Source: an uncultured Lachnospiraceae bacterium (GTDB taxonomy: Bacteria; Bacillota; Clostridia; Lachnospirales; Lachnospiraceae). From it: DNA of 64,000 nucleotides. The notes below the pieces were generated by a model. It saw only the letters and a program-made list of their open reading frames with translations, ran no database searches and was not told the origin of the DNA. The number at the start of each line of letters is the position of its first letter. The first letter of the stretch is position 1. The position numbers were made by a program, and so were the translations under genes. The stretch spans positions 13,452-77,451 of the forward strand of contig CADCDW010000003.1 of the NCBI GenBank assembly GCA_902800325.1, given 5' to 3'. This document shows, piece by piece, positions 60,190 to 64,000 of the stretch.

Positions 60190-61152
60190 TTAGTTGAAAT
60201 ATACAAGTTCTTCAGTTGCAGGTGATGTCATGGCAACTTCGGATACTTTTATAACAGGTCCGTCACCTTCAAACTCCGGATAGTATTCTTTTCCGATTTC
60301 TCCGGTAACCATAACCCACTGTCTGTCCTTTAATTTATCTGCACCGGTGTAATAAGCCTTAAATCCGACAAATGCTATATCATTCGCACAACATGTCATA
60401 GCAAATCTTCCCGGAACAAATTCATTTTTATTATACTCTTTAGGTTTATGCACCATTGCTTTAAAGTGTATCTTTTTACCAACATATTTATCAGGGTTAT
60501 CACATGCATCTATATAAAACAGTCCAAAATCTTCTTCTTCAAGATCTATAACCGGCTGATTTATATCATAAGGTAAAAACACTTCATCATCACCGACCTC
60601 AGCTAAGCCGTCTTTGTTTTCAAATATTACCTGTGCTCTTCTGTTAACCGCACGCAGACTTCTTCTATACTCTGCCTTTTTGGTATTTTCATCGCACCTG
60701 TTAAATATTATCATATCAGCAGTTGAAAGCTGTTCCATCATCATCGCTTTCATATTGGCTATATAGACATCAAAAGTCTGTGCATCGACAAATGTTATAA
60801 CCTGAACTATAGTCCATCCCTTAGGCACTCTTACAGAAAACAGTTTATCCATCTTCCATGTTCCGTTATATTCAATCATAACTCTTGTAGGACTGTATTT
60901 ATCCTGCAGATCAAGCAAATACTCTGTATTGATATCCTTATCTTCTAAATACTCAACAAATATATTTCTTTTCTTTAAATCTTCCCTGTCATACTCTTCT
61001 ATGCCCTCTTCACATACAAGCAAAAGTGTCGGCTCACCTTCTGTAAAATTTCTGTCTATAAGAGTCTCTTTGGCAAAGGTTGTCTTTCCGCTTTCCAAGA
61101 AACCAAGAAACATATAAATTGGTATCTCTTCTATCTGTTCCTGCCTTTTCAT
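60190..61152 (-). CDS. CobW/COG0523-like GTPase domain fused to a DUF1980/TIGR03943-like C-terminal domain
   Basis: FLGFLESGKTT P-loop, IEYNG, IIFNRCD; C-terminal FVPGRFAMTCCANDIAFVGF...WVMVTG. Confidence 0.75.
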   Translation of the reverse strand: MKRQEQIEEIPIYMFLGFLESGKTTFAKETLIDRNFTEGEPTLLLVCEEGIEEYDREDLKKRNIFVEYLEDKDINTEYLLDLQDKYSPTRVMIEYNGTWKMDKLFSVRVPKGWTIVQVITFVDAQTFDVYIANMKAMMMEQLSTADMIIFNRCDENTKKAEYRRSLRAVNRRAQVIFENKDGLAEVGDDEVFLPYDINQPVIDLEEEDFGLFYIDACDNPDKYVGKKIHFKAMVHKPKEYNKNEFVPGRFAMTCCANDIAFVGFKAYYTGADKLKDRQWVMVTGEIGKEYYPEFEGDGPVIKVSEVAMTSPATEELVYFN

Positions 61153-61254
61153 TTTATATCTATCCCTTCATTTAGAAATCATATAAACAAATTAGTTTAA
61201 TCTTTTTAATTCTAATATTATTTTTCATTATATATATGTTAGATCCGGAAATCA

Positions 61255-62496
61255 TTATGCCAACTTAAATAGTTCCTTAAGTAAGTCTTCTTTAAGTTCA
61301 CTTCCTATTACGCAAAGCTTACCTGTATAATCAGGTTTTCCGTCTCTTATCTCATATTCTCCCGGTACAAGATCAAAATATATCCAATCAGAGCCTGTAC
61401 TTGCAACTATACCTTTAGCTCTCAATATAACTCCATATTTATCCGATTCATACGCAAGAACTTCAAGTATTTCTTTCATTTCATCCTTGTCATATTTCTT
61501 GGCAGTTTCAAGTCCCCAACTGCTAAATATATCATCTGCATGATGGTGGTGATGATCATGGTCATGATGATGACAGCCACAAGTACATCCTTCTCCATGT
61601 TCATGATGATGTTCATCCTCGTCATGGTCGTGATGATGATGCTCATCCTCGTCATGGTCGTGATGATGATGCTCATCCTCGTCATGGTCGTGGTGATGAT
61701 GCTCATCCTCGTCATGGTCGTGGTGATGATGCTCATCCTCGTCATGGTCGTGATGATGTTCATCCTCGTCATGGCCGTGGTGATGATGCTCATCCTCGTC
61801 ATGGTCGTGGTGATGATGCTCATCCTCGTCATGGTCGTGGTGGTGATGCTCATGCTCTTCGTGTAATTTTTTAGCCTGTTCTATAAGAGCCTCAAGCGTA
61901 TTTGCATGCTCCATGGCATCAAGTATTACCTTACCATCTATATCATCCCAAGGTGTTGTAATAATTGCACAATCCTTGTTATGTTCTCTTAACAGTGCAA
62001 CCGTATCGCTTATCTTCTTTTCATCAACATTCTGTGTACGGCTTAAAACGATAGTTCCCGCGCTCTCAACCTGATTATTAAAAAACTCACCGAAGTTTTT
62101 CATATACATCTTACACTTTTGTACATCAACGACAGTTGTTGCACTGTTTATAACCACATCAGCATGTTCTTTAACATCTTCGACAGCTTTCATAACATCT
62201 GAGAGCTTTCCGACTCCTGATGGTTCTATTATAACTCTGTCAGGCGCAAATTCATCTATAACCTTCTTTAAAGCCTCACCAAAATCGCCTACAAGAGAAC
62301 AACATATACATCCGGAATTCATCTCTGTAATTTCAACTCCGGCTTCTTTAAGAAATCCTCCGTCAATTCCTATCTCACCAAATTCATTTTCAATTAACAC
62401 AAGCTTTTCACCTGAAAACGCCTGGTCAATAAGTTTTTTAATAAGAGTTGTCTTACCTGCACCCAAAAAACCTGATAATATATCTATCTTTGTCAT
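61255..62496 (-). CDS. CobW/COG0523 metallochaperone GTPase with a His-rich insert
   Basis: SGFLGAGKTT, ENEFGEIGIDG, GCICC (CxCC), IEPSG, C-terminal ILRAKGIV...LCVIG. Confidence 0.93.
   Translation of the reverse strand: MTKIDILSGFLGAGKTTLIKKLIDQAFSGEKLVLIENEFGEIGIDGGFLKEAGVEITEMNSGCICCSLVGDFGEALKKVIDEFAPDRVIIEPSGVGKLSDVMKAVEDVKEHADVVINSATTVVDVQKCKMYMKNFGEFFNNQVESAGTIVLSRTQNVDEKKISDTVALLREHNKDCAIITTPWDDIDGKVILDAMEHANTLEALIEQAKKLHEEHEHHHHDHDEDEHHHHDHDEDEHHHHGHDEDEHHHDHDEDEHHHHDHDEDEHHHHDHDEDEHHHHDHDEDEHHHHDHDEDEHHHEHGEGCTCGCHHHDHDHHHHHADDIFSSWGLETAKKYDKDEMKEILEVLAYESDKYGVILRAKGIVASTGSDWIYFDLVPGEYEIRDGKPDYTGKLCVIGSELKEDLLKELFKLA
61612..61848. repeat. 30-bp coding tandem repeat, 8 copies (HHHHDHDEDE)
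   Basis: CATCCTCGTCATGG recurs at a 30-bp period, with one 27-bp unit. Confidence 0.95.
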
Positions 62497-62622
62497 GTCT
62501 ATTCTTCCTCCTTATGTCGTGACATTATTAACTATATTTGATTTATAAATATTATGATGTGAGTGTCATAGTAAATTTTTACATTTGGTACTTATATCAT
62601 ATCATATATCTTCATCATTACT

Positions 62623-62650
62623 ATTTTAACCATTCTTTTAAAACTGTCAA
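62623..62650 (-). promoter_or_regulatory. Candidate sigma-A promoter of the CobW pair
   Basis: TTGACA-16 bp-TAAAAT on the minus strand. Confidence 0.5.
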
Positions 62651-62709
62651 CCATTTTGTTGCTGTTTTAAATTAACACTGTTTTGAATTAACAGTATCAA
62701 ATCACCATT

Positions 62710-63561
62710 TTATTGCTGTTTCAGGTTGACATCCAACTTATTATATGGAATCTCAATTTCATGCTCATCAAACGAATACTTAATAGATTCTATTATCTCC
62801 CATTTTGCATTCCAATAGTCATTAGAATCCACCCAGCACCTTGCTCCAAGATTTATCGAACTGTCATCGAACGAACTGACAAATACATTTATATCTTTGT
62901 CTTTAATGCTATACTTAGAAGTTTCCATAACTCCCTTAAGAATTTCTTTTGCTTCTTTTATGTCCTGATCATATGATATACCTATAGATAAATCCAGTAT
63001 GCGATCTTTATTGGTCGTAAGATTTATAAGCGAATTATTGGTTATACTTCCATTTGGTATAACAATCTGTCTGTTATCAAATGTTCTTATCTTTGTATAG
63101 AAAATATCTATTGACTCAACTGTACCCTCACATTTTTTATCATTTTCAATAATATAGTCCCCAACCTTGAAAGGCTTTAATATAAGTATAAGTACTCCAC
63201 CCGCAAAATTTGACAGACTGCCTTGCAATGCAAACCCAATAGTAAGCCCTGTTGTTCCCAAAATAGTAACAAGCGATGTGACCTGTATTCCCACAATAGA
63301 TGCCGCCATAATAATTATAACAGCATATATAACAGCTCGGATTAAAGAAATCAAAAAACCTGAAACACTTTTATCAAGCTTTGTCCTGTCAAAAGATCTT
63401 TTTATCAGCTTAAGAATAAATTTTACTATTTTAAATGCTATAAATAAAAATATAAGCATTATTGCAATCTGAAGAAGCTTATCCAAAAACCACCCGGCTA
63501 TCTTATCCATATATGCTTCAAAAACATTTGAATCCACTTTTTCAAAATCTGAAAGAATCAT
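62710..63561 (-). CDS. mscS: Small-conductance mechanosensitive channel
   Basis: IGFALQGSLSNFAGGVLIL, PFKVGDYI, IVIPNG, FDDSSINLGARCW, IEIPY. Confidence 0.95.
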   Translation of the reverse strand: MILSDFEKVDSNVFEAYMDKIAGWFLDKLLQIAIMLIFLFIAFKIVKFILKLIKRSFDRTKLDKSVSGFLISLIRAVIYAVIIIMAASIVGIQVTSLVTILGTTGLTIGFALQGSLSNFAGGVLILILKPFKVGDYIIENDKKCEGTVESIDIFYTKIRTFDNRQIVIPNGSITNNSLINLTTNKDRILDLSIGISYDQDIKEAKEILKGVMETSKYSIKDKDINVFVSSFDDSSINLGARCWVDSNDYWNAKWEIIESIKYSFDEHEIEIPYNKLDVNLKQQ

Positions 63562-63664
63562 TTATTATTTCTCCTTAAAATAAAGTGAAAATTATAGATA
63601 ATTGTATTATTTCCGCAATTAATAATATCTACATAATTACTTAATGCAAATGTTTATTCAGTTT

Positions 63665-63712
63665 AAAAGCGACAAATCGGAAATAATATAGCTACAATCC
63701 CCGCTTTGTCGC
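63665..63712 (-). terminator. Terminator after glgB
   Basis: Minus strand GCGACAAA...TTTGTCGC stem followed by TTTT. Confidence 0.55.
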
Positions 63713-63738
63713 CTATTTAACATTTTTTATATTCTTAT

Positions 63739-64000
63739 TTATTTGTCAGATTTTTTTTTAAATACTGTAATTGAAAGAGGTGGAACAGTAATCGATATAT
63801 AGTGTTCCTGACCGTCACACTCTGCTTTCTTTGCCTGTTTTGCAGTTTTATTATTTCTACCTTCTCCACCAAACTTAACATTGTCACTTGAGAAAATCTC
63901 CTGCCACTTTCCGCCGGCCGGAGTAGCAAGCTTATAGCTCTTATGTGTCATAGGAGTAAAGTTACATATGATAACCAACGTGTCCTTTGGATTGGTGCCT
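63739..64000 (-). CDS. glgB: 1,4-alpha-glucan branching enzyme, C-terminal end (runs off window end)
   Basis: The open frame continues to the window edge: GTNPKDTLVIICNFTP...WQEIFSSDNVKFGGEG...ITVPPLSITVF, typical of the GlgB C-terminal domain. Confidence 0.85.
   Translation of the reverse strand, partial: GTNPKDTLVIICNFTPMTHKSYKLATPAGGKWQEIFSSDNVKFGGEGRNNKTAKQAKKAECDGQEHYISITVPPLSITVFKKKSDK

Noticed and set aside
61612-61848. CRISPR-like 30-bp periodic array
   Set aside because: Contiguous repeats without spacers, in frame within a CobW gene; no cas genes.
61476-61866. ORFs 61476-61853(-) and 61540-61866(+)
   Set aside because: Other-frame readings of the His-repeat tract.
62565-62585. 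Zur-box-like palindrome GTAAATTTTTAC upstream of the CobW gene
   Set aside because: Half-site spacing and flanks do not fit the Firmicute AAATCGTAATnATTACGATTT consensus.

Overview
AT-rich chromosomal segment from a motile, probably spore-forming clostridial Firmicute; gene order and sequence style suggest Lachnospiraceae (inference). Almost all genes lie on the minus strand. In window order: the 5' part of the rimP-ylxR-L7Ae-nusA-infB operon; a GHL10 glycoside hydrolase-like protein with ChW-like repeats; a small XRE regulator; tsf-rpsB; a complete ~34-kb flagellar/chemotaxis cluster (flgB to fliA plus FapA and SwrB/SweD-like and SweC-like genes); topA-dprA-comM; a flavin reductase; a small alarmone synthetase; ytfJ/ytfI-like genes; several hypotheticals; a LysM protein; a 1410-aa acyl-CoA dehydratase activase; htrA; two COG0523-type GTPases (one with a 55-His tandem repeat); mscS; and the 3' end of glgB. 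I saw no tRNA, rRNA, CRISPR array or transposase. The most unusual feature is a 690-bp non-coding element at 57932-58621. It is built entirely of inverted repeats and can fold into a four-way junction with no unpaired linker bases. Two of its arms are diverged, oppositely oriented copies of one hairpin unit that share an identical 20-nt core and show compensatory stem changes. Other points of interest: a promoter-leader-terminator arrangement in front of flgB, internal terminators and promoters in the flagellar operon, a switch-like rimP leader, and a 47-aa membrane peptide missing from the ORF track.
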